The notes below the pieces were generated by a model that searched no databases, was not told the origin of the DNA, and saw only the letters and a program-made list of their open reading frames with translations. 64,000 nt of DNA. Origin: Tepidisphaera sp. Its GTDB lineage: Bacteria; Planctomycetota; Phycisphaerae; Phycisphaerales; UBA1924. Positions 46,799-55,703 of the stretch are shown here, one piece after another; within the stretch, counting starts at the first letter, position 1; each line of letters begins with the position of its first letter. The position numbers and the translations under genes were made by a program. The stretch is taken from NCBI GenBank assembly GCA_050916045.1, contig CP051526.1:832001-896000 (forward strand), read 5' to 3'.

Positions 46799-47254
46799 TC
46801 AGGCCGGGATGGCCTGGGCCACCGGCGTCTCCGCCGTGACTTTGACCAGCGTGTGCCGGGTCGTCCAGCGGCGGTCCGCCAGGACCACCTGCTCGCCCTC
46901 GCGCGTGATCGTGTTGATCACCAGCGGGCCCTGCAGGTTGCCGGTCAGCGTCTCGTCAACTTTGTTCACGATCACGAACACCTGGGCGTCCTCGAGCTTC
47001 GCCAGCTTCAGGTCCGCCATCTGCTCGGACTTGATCGGCACCGAGTAGTCCGTGAAGAAGAGCGAGGGATCCGTCACGACGAACGCGAGGGACGGCTCCT
47101 CGATCGACTGGAGCCAGAAGAACGCGGAGTCGTTGCCGGGTTCGAGCAGGCAGTAATTCCGCTGGGTACCAAACCCAAGGAGTCCCTTGGGGAAGGTGAT
47201 CACCCGGTCATCCGGGATATTGATCACGCCGAATCGAGTGGTCTTCACTTCCAT
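46799..47254 (-). CDS. fliW: Flagellar assembly factor FliW
   Basis: TTRFG, ITFPKGLLGF, FFWLQSIEEPSLAFVVTDP, TGNLQGPLVIN. Confidence 0.92.
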   Translation of the reverse strand: MEVKTTRFGVINIPDDRVITFPKGLLGFGTQRNYCLLEPGNDSAFFWLQSIEEPSLAFVVTDPSLFFTDYSVPIKSEQMADLKLAKLEDAQVFVIVNKVDETLTGNLQGPLVINTITREGEQVVLADRRWTTRHTLVKVTAETPVAQAIPA

Positions 47255-47407
47255 GACACGCTCCGCGTATTCGACCTGGTTTCCTTGTCCGCAGCGGAGT
47301 CCTCCGCCGGCGACGTCCTGTCTCCGTACGCGCCGAGGTCGAGCGGCGCGCACGCGTTGTTCCACAATCAGCGCCCTCGGGCTCTCGCCCGCCGCGCCGC
47401 TCACCGG

Positions 47408-49462
47408 CTACCTGAGGAAATCCAGGAGCGTCTGCCCCTGCATCAGGCTGCTCACCTGGTACCCGGCCTGGAGCTGCGTCTGCAGGAGGCTGAGCCGCAT
47501 GGCCGCTTCCGTGTAGTCCGTGTCTCGCAGTTCTGACCTGATCCTGGTGTCCATGGTCGTCTGGTCCTCTACCAACCGCTCGGCGAAATCGACGCGCTTC
47601 GCGTACCCGCCGACGAGCCCGCGGACCTCGGTCAGGCGACCGATTGCCGCGTCCACGCTTTCTCCCGCAATTGCGATGCCAGTCGTGTCGTTGGTCGACA
47701 GCGCGTCGCGAAGATCCATCAGATCGGTGAAGAGATTCTGCGGGCGGACCTTCGCCACGTCGCTCGCCGTGTAACGCGAAGCGGACGCGTCGTATGAGCC
47801 GGTCGAGATGCCAAGGTCCGTCAGAGCCTGAGAGTTGTTGAGCTGGCTGAAGGTGATCGCTCCGGCGAACGCCGCGTTCTGCGTGAACGCAAGCCCGTTG
47901 CCGTCCGGAGCCAGGCCGACCGTGAAATCGCCCGGTGCGAGGCCCGCCGAAGCAAGCTGCGTCGCGACCTGCGAGTTCACCGCCGCCAGCATCGTCTGCA
48001 CCGTCGCCATATCCGCCGGCGTCAGGTCGATCGTGAGCTGTGTCGCCGCTCCGTTGCCCAGCGTGATCGTGAAATCAGAGTTCAGTGCCGCCGTCGCCGT
48101 GCCTGTCGTCGGGTCCACCACGCCGTCAACGATCCGCACGCCGCGGCCGTCGTTGAAGTCCGACAAGCGGGTCGATTGCGCGAGCGTGCGGATGCCCAGA
48201 GCCGAAGCCGTGGTCCCGCCGGAAACCTCTTCGACCGAGAGCGCGAGCGCCCGGCCGCCGGAAACCTCGGTGACGACGTCGATCCCGGTGCCGGCGGCGT
48301 TGATCACGACGCGCGTGCCGGGGGATGCGGCTTCGATCCTGTTGCGGATGTCCTCGAGGGTGGTCGCGGCCGAGAGATCCACGACCGTCGAGCCGCCGGC
48401 GTTCTTCACGCGGATCGAGCCCAGCGGGCCGGTGAGACCGGCCATGGAAGCGACCGAGGTGGACCAGTTCAGCTTGGGAGCAAGGTCCAGGCCCGCTTGC
48501 GCGAGCGGGGTAAACGTGAACGGCACGTCGGCGGAGAGGCCCAGGTCGCGGGCCGTGGCGCCGGCGCCGATGTCGAAGAACTGCACCGTCTGGCCGGCGG
48601 CGACGTCGAGGGTGAAGCCTTCGCCGGAGATGCTCACGCCTCCGGGGCCCAGGACGGTCACGCTGTTGTCGGTTTCGTACTGGCGGATCGCCGCGGTGAG
48701 CTGGGTCGCGATGTCGCCAGCGGTATCCGCGGAAGAGAGATCGACGGAGATGCGAGGACCACCGCCGACGCTGAACTCGACCGTGCCGGGAACGACGCCG
48801 AGGCTTCGGGCTCCGCCCAGATCGGCCAGACGGGTCGTCGCGGTCAGGTTGGGGTCAAGGTCGACATCGCCGCGGACGCGGGCGGAGGTCGAGCCGATCG
48901 GGTTGTTGGGCGACATTGTGATCGGCACGCTTCGGGCGATGTCCAGATCGGTGGTGATGCCGGGGCCGGAATTCAGGAAGCGGACGCCGCCGCGGAACTC
49001 GACAAAGGGCTGCTGGCCGGGCTGGCTGCCGCCGAAGAGGTGGCCGGCGACACCCTTGCGGTTGCCCTGCGAGAGCAGGCTGCTGATGAGCTGCTGGACG
49101 ATCGGGGCTTGCGAAGCCCGATCGCCCGCGGTGAAGGTGGAGTTGAGCATCTCGGAAGCGATCTGCTTGGCTTCCAGACCGATGGTGTTCACCTCGCCGA
49201 GGGCGTTGTCGAGATCGTTGAGCGCGGATTGTGCGTGCACGATGTTGCGCTTGCGCTGTTCCGTGCGCTCCAAGCGGTCGTCCAAAGCCCCGATGAGGGA
49301 GGACTTGACCGGGCTGTCGCTGATCCGGTTGATCGCGCGGCCGGTGGAGAGCTGTTCTTGGACGTTGAGCAGGCCCACGCTCGCGCGGTTGATGTTCGCG
49401 AGCGAAAGCCGCGAGGTCATCAGGTTGGGGACGCGGGAGAGATGTGGGGGGATCGTGCTCAT
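47408..49462 (-). CDS. flgL: Flagellar hook-associated protein 3 FlgL (long form)
   Basis: QEQLSTGRAINRISDSP, HLFGG, RSELRDTDYTEAAMRLSLLQTQLQAGYQ..QTLLDFLR; downstream of flgK. Confidence 0.88.
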   Translation of the reverse strand: MSTIPPHLSRVPNLMTSRLSLANINRASVGLLNVQEQLSTGRAINRISDSPVKSSLIGALDDRLERTEQRKRNIVHAQSALNDLDNALGEVNTIGLEAKQIASEMLNSTFTAGDRASQAPIVQQLISSLLSQGNRKGVAGHLFGGSQPGQQPFVEFRGGVRFLNSGPGITTDLDIARSVPITMSPNNPIGSTSARVRGDVDLDPNLTATTRLADLGGARSLGVVPGTVEFSVGGGPRISVDLSSADTAGDIATQLTAAIRQYETDNSVTVLGPGGVSISGEGFTLDVAAGQTVQFFDIGAGATARDLGLSADVPFTFTPLAQAGLDLAPKLNWSTSVASMAGLTGPLGSIRVKNAGGSTVVDLSAATTLEDIRNRIEAASPGTRVVINAAGTGIDVVTEVSGGRALALSVEEVSGGTTASALGIRTLAQSTRLSDFNDGRGVRIVDGVVDPTTGTATAALNSDFTITLGNGAATQLTIDLTPADMATVQTMLAAVNSQVATQLASAGLAPGDFTVGLAPDGNGLAFTQNAAFAGAITFSQLNNSQALTDLGISTGSYDASASRYTASDVAKVRPQNLFTDLMDLRDALSTNDTTGIAIAGESVDAAIGRLTEVRGLVGGYAKRVDFAERLVEDQTTMDTRIRSELRDTDYTEAAMRLSLLQTQLQAGYQVSSLMQGQTLLDFLR

Positions 49463-49504
49463 GGTCGCGGTTCTTCATCGCAAACCGCGTGCCAGATGAC
49501 CCGT

Positions 49505-51244
49505 TCACACCAGCGACATCAGCGTGTCGAACATCTCGTCGGCGACGGAGATGAGACGGGCGGCGCCTTGGTACTGGCGCTGGAAAGCCATCAGGTTGAG
49601 GCTTTCCTCGTCGGTCGAGACGCCGCTGACGGCCGCTCGCTGATTCTCGAGGCTGGCCCGGACGTCGCCGGCGGCGGAAGCGTCCATCGCGGCCCCGGCG
49701 GACTTGGTGCCGATCGCTGCGACCTTCTCACGCCAGAAGCTGGTGATGGAGCGGCCGCTCAGGTCGGTGAGCGAGGATTCGAGCAGGTCCGCGAGGCCCA
49801 GAGCCGTCGCGTTTTCGACGAAAGTGCCGTCGACCATGCGACCGACGGCGAGAGAATCCGGGCTGGTGAGCAGGTCTTCGCGGACGCCGATCGTGGACGC
49901 GTCGGTGCCGGTGAAGTAAGCGTTGACGCCGAGCACCGCGAGCACGCTCGAGGAGTCTTCGGAGAAGGAGAACTCGACACCCGCGTCGGCGTCGATCTTG
50001 AGCTTGCCCTCGCTGGTGATCGTCGCGGTGATGCCCGAGACGGCACCGAGAGCGGCGCGGATGTCTTCGAGGGATGTGTCGTCGGACGTGCCCGGGAGCC
50101 CGGCGGCGGTGAGGCCGTCGAGGTCGACATCGATGCGGACGGTCGTGGACTGCGAGGAGTTGGGCTGCTTGACCGTGATCGAGAATCCGCCGTTGCTGGC
50201 GGCGAACGGGAGCCGCGAGAAGGAGGTGTTGGCCGGGTCGTTGAGGGCGCGGGTGCGGTCGCCGGAAGCCACCTGGAGCGTGCCGGTGGTGGTCGACAGG
50301 CCGGTCGCGTTGGTGCCGGTGCTGTGAAGCTTGTTGACCTGGAAGATGAGCTGGGACGCGAGGGTGTCGATGGCGTTGGTCGCGTCGTCGACGGCTTCGG
50401 TACGTCCGGAGAGCATGGCGCCGAGCTGTCCCTCGCGCGGGATGATGGCGGTGGGGCGGTCCTTGGTGCGGATGATGGCTTGCACGTCGCCGTTCGCGTC
50501 GTTCTCGCGGCTGAGGCTGAGGCCGCGGGAGGTGCCTGCGACGACGATGGGCTCGGAGCCGACGAGGACCGTGAGGCCCTGGGCGCCGTTGTCGACGACG
50601 GAGACATCCATGAGCTGAGCGAGCTCGCTGATCGCGCGGTCGCGTTGATCGCGGAGCGTGGAAGCTTCGGCTCCGGTGCCCTCGGCGGTTGAGACCTGGA
50701 CGTTGAGCTGCGCGATGGTGGACATGAGAGCGTCGGCCTGCACGACGGCGGCGCCGATCTGGCCGTCGATCTGGTCGCGGAGCTGCGTCAGCGAGGTGCG
50801 CTGGCGGCGGAGCAGAGCGGCGAGGCGGTCACCCTCCTGCACGACGGATGCCGACGACTTGGTCAGATTGGCGCGTTCGGACCAGGTGTTGAAGAACGAG
50901 GAGAGGCCGGAGGAGATGTCGTTGTCGGAGAGTTCGCCGATCGCGGACTCGACGCCGGAGTAGACGGAGGAACGCTGGAGAGCCGCGGACTCGGTCGACA
51001 GGGTGTTGAAGAGGCGTGCTTGCAGGGCGTTGTCGACCTGGCGGCGGACCGAGTCGGTGACGACGCCGCGGCCGATGGCGACGCCGTTGCCGATGAACTG
51101 CGAGGAGGCGGGCGAGAAGTAGGCGGTCTGCCGCGAATAGCCCGGGGTGGAAGCGTTGGCGAGGTTGTTGCCGGCGACCTGGATGCCGATCTGGCTTGCG
51201 GTCAGGGCGCTGCGTCCGATGTTGAGAGCGGAGTTGAGGCTCAT
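49505..51244 (-). CDS. flgK: Flagellar hook-associated protein 1 FlgK
   Basis: LNIGRSALTASQIGIQVAGNNLANASTPGYSRQ, LRDQRD, VSGVSTDEESLNLMAFQRQYQGAAR. Confidence 0.93.
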   Translation of the reverse strand: MSLNSALNIGRSALTASQIGIQVAGNNLANASTPGYSRQTAYFSPASSQFIGNGVAIGRGVVTDSVRRQVDNALQARLFNTLSTESAALQRSSVYSGVESAIGELSDNDISSGLSSFFNTWSERANLTKSSASVVQEGDRLAALLRRQRTSLTQLRDQIDGQIGAAVVQADALMSTIAQLNVQVSTAEGTGAEASTLRDQRDRAISELAQLMDVSVVDNGAQGLTVLVGSEPIVVAGTSRGLSLSRENDANGDVQAIIRTKDRPTAIIPREGQLGAMLSGRTEAVDDATNAIDTLASQLIFQVNKLHSTGTNATGLSTTTGTLQVASGDRTRALNDPANTSFSRLPFAASNGGFSITVKQPNSSQSTTVRIDVDLDGLTAAGLPGTSDDTSLEDIRAALGAVSGITATITSEGKLKIDADAGVEFSFSEDSSSVLAVLGVNAYFTGTDASTIGVREDLLTSPDSLAVGRMVDGTFVENATALGLADLLESSLTDLSGRSITSFWREKVAAIGTKSAGAAMDASAAGDVRASLENQRAAVSGVSTDEESLNLMAFQRQYQGAARLISVADEMFDTLMSLV

Positions 51245-51254
51245 GGGTGCTCCT

Positions 51255-51779
51255 TCACGAACGAACGTCCAGCGCGGTCACGACCGAGGAGGTGCCGACG
51301 ACGCCGCGCCTGCCGTAGGTGCCGGTGTGCGAAGCGGCTTTGGCGACCGTCCGCATGAGGCCTTCGATGTGCGAAGCCAGGGACTGGGAGACGCGGCGGA
51401 CGATGCCCTGTTCCTGGCGGACCTTCGCGATGAGGGTCTTGAGATGGCTTGCGCTGTCGATGAGGCGTTGCTTCATCGGGCCGCAGCGCTCGGCGAGGCC
51501 GGTGAGGGTGACGAGTTCGCGTCCGGGCCAGTGGCCGGCGTCGATGACGCGCTGGACGAGAGCGCGGCGGGCGTGCTCGAACATCGCGATGCGTTCGAGG
51601 CACCCGGTCTGGCGGGTGGTGACCTCGGCGGCGGCGGCGGGGGAGGCGCGGCGGACGGCTTCGCGGTGTTCGGCGAGCAGGCCGAGGTACTCCTCGTGGG
51701 CCGAGATGAGTGAACCGAGGAGCGAAGCCAGTTCTCGGACGAACTGGTCGGGGAGCGGGATGTGCGGGGTGGTGCTCAT
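51255..51779 (-). CDS. flgN: Flagellar export chaperone FlgN-like
   Basis: Helical 174-aa protein directly upstream of flgK; C-terminal TYGRRG motif. Confidence 0.65.
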   Translation of the reverse strand: MSTTPHIPLPDQFVRELASLLGSLISAHEEYLGLLAEHREAVRRASPAAAAEVTTRQTGCLERIAMFEHARRALVQRVIDAGHWPGRELVTLTGLAERCGPMKQRLIDSASHLKTLIAKVRQEQGIVRRVSQSLASHIEGLMRTVAKAASHTGTYGRRGVVGTSSVVTALDVRS

Positions 51780-51794
51780 CGGTGCTTTGGGGCT

Positions 51795-52229
51795 TTAGTT
51801 GGGCTGGTGGTTGGGCTGGAGGGACTGGTTGCGCAGGAGGTCCTTGGCGACGCGGTCGACGAGGGGCCAGCGTTCGGCTTTGGCGATGTGCTGGGCGAGC
51901 TGGGCGTCCATCATGCCCTGCATCTGCTTCTCCGCGGCGGAGGGCGCGAAGGGCGGCGCGGCGTTGTTGGTCTCGCGGAGCTGCTTGAGGAGCGGCTGGA
52001 GGAAGGTGATGGCGATGAACTGCTCGGCGCCGTCGCGTGCTTCCTGCTCGGGGGTCTGCTTGCCGGGGTGTGAGCTTGCGCGGCTGAGGACGCCGGCGAA
52101 AGCCCGCTGGCGGTCGGAGAGTGACACGCTCGAATCGCGCGGATCCGGGAGGACCGGGGCGATGGTGCGGGCGTCGGTTGGGGAGGCCAGGCCAAGAGAC
52201 GAGGACGGGGACAGTTGAACTCCGTTCAC
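51795..52229 (-). CDS. flgJ: Rod-binding protein (single-domain FlgJ-like)
   Basis: ARDGAEQFIAITFLQPLLKQLRET...AEKQMQGMMDAQLAQHIA; lies between flgI and flgN. Confidence 0.7.
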   Translation of the reverse strand: MNGVQLSPSSSLGLASPTDARTIAPVLPDPRDSSVSLSDRQRAFAGVLSRASSHPGKQTPEQEARDGAEQFIAITFLQPLLKQLRETNNAAPPFAPSAAEKQMQGMMDAQLAQHIAKAERWPLVDRVAKDLLRNQSLQPNHQPN

Positions 52230-52287
52230 GCGATTCTCCTTCGTCCTCTCCGAGGACGGTTGGCGGCGGGGAGTGAGGGGGAAGGTC

Positions 52288-53376
52288 TCAGTCCATCACC
52301 AGCCGAGCGTGCAATCGGCCCGTCTTGTGCAGAAGCTGTAAGACTTGGATCTGCTGCGCCGGAGCGACGTCGAGTTGCTTGAAAGCGGCGAGAAGGTCCG
52401 AGAGCTTGGCGCGTTCCTTCGGCCGGTTCTGCGTGTCCAGGGCCGTATAACGGCTCCGCTCGACCAGGGGGTTGATGATCGAGGGCTGCGGCGGGGGGGC
52501 GGTGGTCGTGATAACCAGGTCCTTGTGGCTGATGATGCCCGGGGAGATCTCGACATCGCCGGTGACGACGATCACGCCTGTGCGCTCGTTGCAGATGACG
52601 GTCGCGGGGAGATCCAGGAGGGATGTGGGGACCGGCGCGGAAAGTGCGCGGTCCAGGAACGCGGCCTTCGCGGGGCGCTCGTGCTCGGGGATCTCGACGC
52701 GGATTGTGCGCTCGTCGAGCGCAAAGGCGACGGCCGGGCCCTGCGGCTGCGCGTTCTCGTTGATGACTGAAGCGAGGAGCTTGGCCGTGGACCAGCCCGC
52801 GGCCTGGGTGTCGATCACGAGCTCGAAGGAGGACTCGATGGTCATCGAGGGCAGGTCGCGGATGATCTGGGCACCGCCGGAGACCTTGGCCGCGGTGGGA
52901 GATGCGGGGTCCTCGATCTCGATCTTGCCCTGAGCCATCGCGTAGACGCGGCCACCTGGGCGAGGATCGGTGAGCGGGGTCAGGTAGAGGACGCCCCCTT
53001 TGAGCGAAGAAGCCGTGCCAATGGTCGTGATGGTGATGTCGAGGCGGTCGTCGGCTTGGGCGGCGATGGCGGGCGTGCGGCATTGGACCATGACGAGGGC
53101 GACGGACTTCACGCCGCCGAGTTCACGCAGGCTTTCGGGCGCGTTGAAGTTATTGGCGAGGATCTGAGCGAGCGGGCGGGCGAGGGTGAGCTCTTTGCCG
53201 GAGTCGCCGGTGCCGGGGAGGCCCATGACCAGGCCGATTCCCTGGATGACGGATTCGCCCTGCCCCTTGATGCGGGTGAGTTCTTTGACCGTGGTGTCCG
53301 CTTGGCTTGTGGGAATTGACACCGCGAGCGAGGCACAGAGGGCGGTCATCAGTCGGCAGAGTCGGTTGATGCGCAT
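52288..53376 (-). CDS. flgI: Flagellar P-ring protein FlgI
   Basis: GIGLVMGLPGTGDS, VALVMV, IGTASSLKGGVL, VYAMAQG, NERTGVIVV, GRLHARL; AGGAG RBS. Confidence 0.9.
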   Translation of the reverse strand: MRINRLCRLMTALCASLAVSIPTSQADTTVKELTRIKGQGESVIQGIGLVMGLPGTGDSGKELTLARPLAQILANNFNAPESLRELGGVKSVALVMVQCRTPAIAAQADDRLDITITTIGTASSLKGGVLYLTPLTDPRPGGRVYAMAQGKIEIEDPASPTAAKVSGGAQIIRDLPSMTIESSFELVIDTQAAGWSTAKLLASVINENAQPQGPAVAFALDERTIRVEIPEHERPAKAAFLDRALSAPVPTSLLDLPATVICNERTGVIVVTGDVEISPGIISHKDLVITTTAPPPQPSIINPLVERSRYTALDTQNRPKERAKLSDLLAAFKQLDVAPAQQIQVLQLLHKTGRLHARLVMD

Positions 53377-53398
53377 GAGGGGCTCCTGCGGGAGCTTT

Positions 53399-53415
53399 CG
53401 CAACTGGCGTGCCAA
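53399..53415 (-). promoter_or_regulatory. Sigma54 promoter of the flgI operon
   Basis: Minus strand TTGGCAC-GCCAG-TTGCG, about 22 nt upstream of ATG 53376. Confidence 0.8.
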
Positions 53416-53780
53416 CGCGATCCGGGAAATGCGTTGTGGGTGGTGGGGGCATCAAGTAGGCTGGCAGGGTTGGGCGGGTTCACCCGGCGGGAACGGAAGC
53501 GGGCATGATCGGTCGTGACATGAGCGTGGCGGTCGCTTCGATGAGCGGAGCGGCGGAGGACGGCGCGGACGGGAGTCAGTCGGGCCCCGGCGAGTGATCG
53601 CCGGGGCTGTTTTTTGCTGGAATGGGGGTTAGCTTCGCCGGGGTTCTCAGACGCATTGAAGCGTGGAAGGATCCCGGGGTGAACGCCCCGGGCGAATGCG
53701 CAACACACGTGTCGGCCCGCGGAACGGCGAGGAGTATCGCCGCGTGGTGGCCGCACGTCGGCACGAGAACGGAGCGGATC

Positions 53781-55565
53781 ATGCGGACTGAGATGATGGT
53801 GGGAGCGGCGGTGCTGGTGGGTCTTGCGGGCACGGCTTTCGGGCAGTGCGAGACGGTCAAGCTCCATCACACGAGCCCGGCGGCGAACGACCGGTTCGGC
53901 GCGAGTGTTGCGGCGGCGGCGGGTGTGGCGGCGATCGGTGTTCCGGACGACGATCAGGGTCAGGGGACCAACGGCGGGAGCCGGTTCGTGTTTGAGCGGA
54001 CCAACGGCGTCTGGTCGTGGCAGATGTTCACGAGCGATCTGGGAACGAACCAGTTCTACGGCCGCTGCGTGGCGACCGATGGACAGGTGATCGCGACGGG
54101 CCAGGGCGGCGGGACCGCGGTGAACAGCTGGGTCGCGGGTGAGGGGCAGATCTACAAGAAGATCAACGGCCAGTGGACGTTCATCAATACTCCGGGCCTT
54201 GCGGGCGCGGCGGGCGACGAGTTTGGCTGGTCGACGGCGGTGGGGAGCGGTCGGATCGCGTTCGGCGCTCCGCGTCGGGATTTCAACGCCGGCGACGACA
54301 TGGGCGCGGTGTTCGTGTACCGCATCAACGCTTCGAATCAGGGCGAACTGGTCAGCACGGTGATTCGTCCGGCGTTCAGCTCGCAGGCGGGTGAGCACTT
54401 TGGATACTCGGTGGCGATTGCTCCGCAGGGCGGGCCGAACGCGGGGATGCTGGTGGTGGGCGCTCCGGACCGCGACAGCGATTCGGCGACGTCGACGGGC
54501 GGCATCTACGTGTTCAACCAGACGGGCAACGGGTACTCGCTTCAGAATCTCCCGACGCAGTGGGATGAGGCTTTCCAGTTCAACGGCTTGGCTGTGGCGA
54601 CGGACGGGACGTGGATTGCTTCGGGTGCGCCGAGCTTCGGCAACGCTCGCGGCCGCGTGTTTCTGTACCAGAAGCTTCCGAACGGCAACTGGGAGGTGAC
54701 GGGGTTCATCTCGGGTCCGGACGGGGATGGCGGCAACTTCGGCACGTCGATCTCGATGCGTGGCGGGTACATGGTGATCAGTGCTCCGGGCCTGGACCGG
54801 GCGTACGTGTACCGGGACATGGGCGAAGCGGGCTGGACGCTGCTTCGCACGATCACGTCGGCGATGGTGGACGGCAGCACCGGCTTTGCGAACTCGGTGG
54901 CGACGGACGGCACGGATGTGCTGATCGGCGACACGGGGGATACGTGGCAGGGCTTCTCCGGGGCCGGGTCGGTCGCGGTCAAGAGCCTTGAGATGATGGC
55001 GGGCACGGACTCTCCGTACAACGCGGAGTTCATCGGGGTTCCGACGTCGCTGGTGGGGTGCTTGGAGGGCGCGACGCCGACGAATCTCGCCGGGATGTGC
55101 GGGTCTTCGAACGATGCGGCGGACGTGTACTTCAAGATGCAGGCCCGCCGGTCGGGGACGGTGATCGCGGACACGATCGGGTCGGACTTTGACACGGTGC
55201 TTTCGGCGCACAGCGCGATCCCGACGACGCAGGACGCGGAATTGATGGTCTGCAACGACGACATCAACGGTGCTCAGAACCGTCAGAGCCGGGTGTCGTT
55301 CGCGGTGCAGGCGGGCCAGGAGGTCTGGTTCCGCGTGGCCGGGTACAACGGCGCGGTGGGCGGGTTCCACCTCAACGTCCGGTTCGACTGCCCGGCGGAC
55401 TTCAACGAGGACGGGTTCCTTGATTTCTTCGACTATGACGACTTCGTCACCTGCTACGAGGGCGCCGGGTGCCCCGCGGGCCGGACGGCGGACATGAACG
55501 CGGACGACTTCGTGGATTTCTTCGACTACGACGCGTTTGTGCAGCTCTTCGAGACGGGCTGCTGA
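53781..55565 (+). CDS. Secreted FG-GAP repeat beta-propeller protein with a PPC-like domain and a C-terminal GC-ending dockerin-like module
   Basis: DRFGASVA..IGVP, DEFGWSTA..FGAP, EHFGYSVA..VGAP, NFGTSIS; DTIGSDFDTVL..CNDD; C-terminus CPADFNEDGFLDFFDYDDF...FETGC. Confidence 0.88.
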   Translation: MRTEMMVGAAVLVGLAGTAFGQCETVKLHHTSPAANDRFGASVAAAAGVAAIGVPDDDQGQGTNGGSRFVFERTNGVWSWQMFTSDLGTNQFYGRCVATDGQVIATGQGGGTAVNSWVAGEGQIYKKINGQWTFINTPGLAGAAGDEFGWSTAVGSGRIAFGAPRRDFNAGDDMGAVFVYRINASNQGELVSTVIRPAFSSQAGEHFGYSVAIAPQGGPNAGMLVVGAPDRDSDSATSTGGIYVFNQTGNGYSLQNLPTQWDEAFQFNGLAVATDGTWIASGAPSFGNARGRVFLYQKLPNGNWEVTGFISGPDGDGGNFGTSISMRGGYMVISAPGLDRAYVYRDMGEAGWTLLRTITSAMVDGSTGFANSVATDGTDVLIGDTGDTWQGFSGAGSVAVKSLEMMAGTDSPYNAEFIGVPTSLVGCLEGATPTNLAGMCGSSNDAADVYFKMQARRSGTVIADTIGSDFDTVLSAHSAIPTTQDAELMVCNDDINGAQNRQSRVSFAVQAGQEVWFRVAGYNGAVGGFHLNVRFDCPADFNEDGFLDFFDYDDFVTCYEGAGCPAGRTADMNADDFVDFFDYDAFVQLFETGC

Positions 55566-55624
55566 AGCCCGGCTGGCGAGCGACTGAATTGACCCTTCCA
55601 AGTCCGGTTTCCACGGACACGCGC

Positions 55625-55658
55625 CAACCCCCGGGACGGAAGTTCCGGGGGTTGTTTG
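55625..55658 (+). terminator. Terminator hairpin
   Basis: caacccccgggac-ggaa-gttccgggggttg followed by ttt. Confidence 0.75.
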
Positions 55659-55703
55659 CAGGAAAATGCCGCGGCGGCGGGGCGGTTGCTACCCTCCCGC
55701 TCC

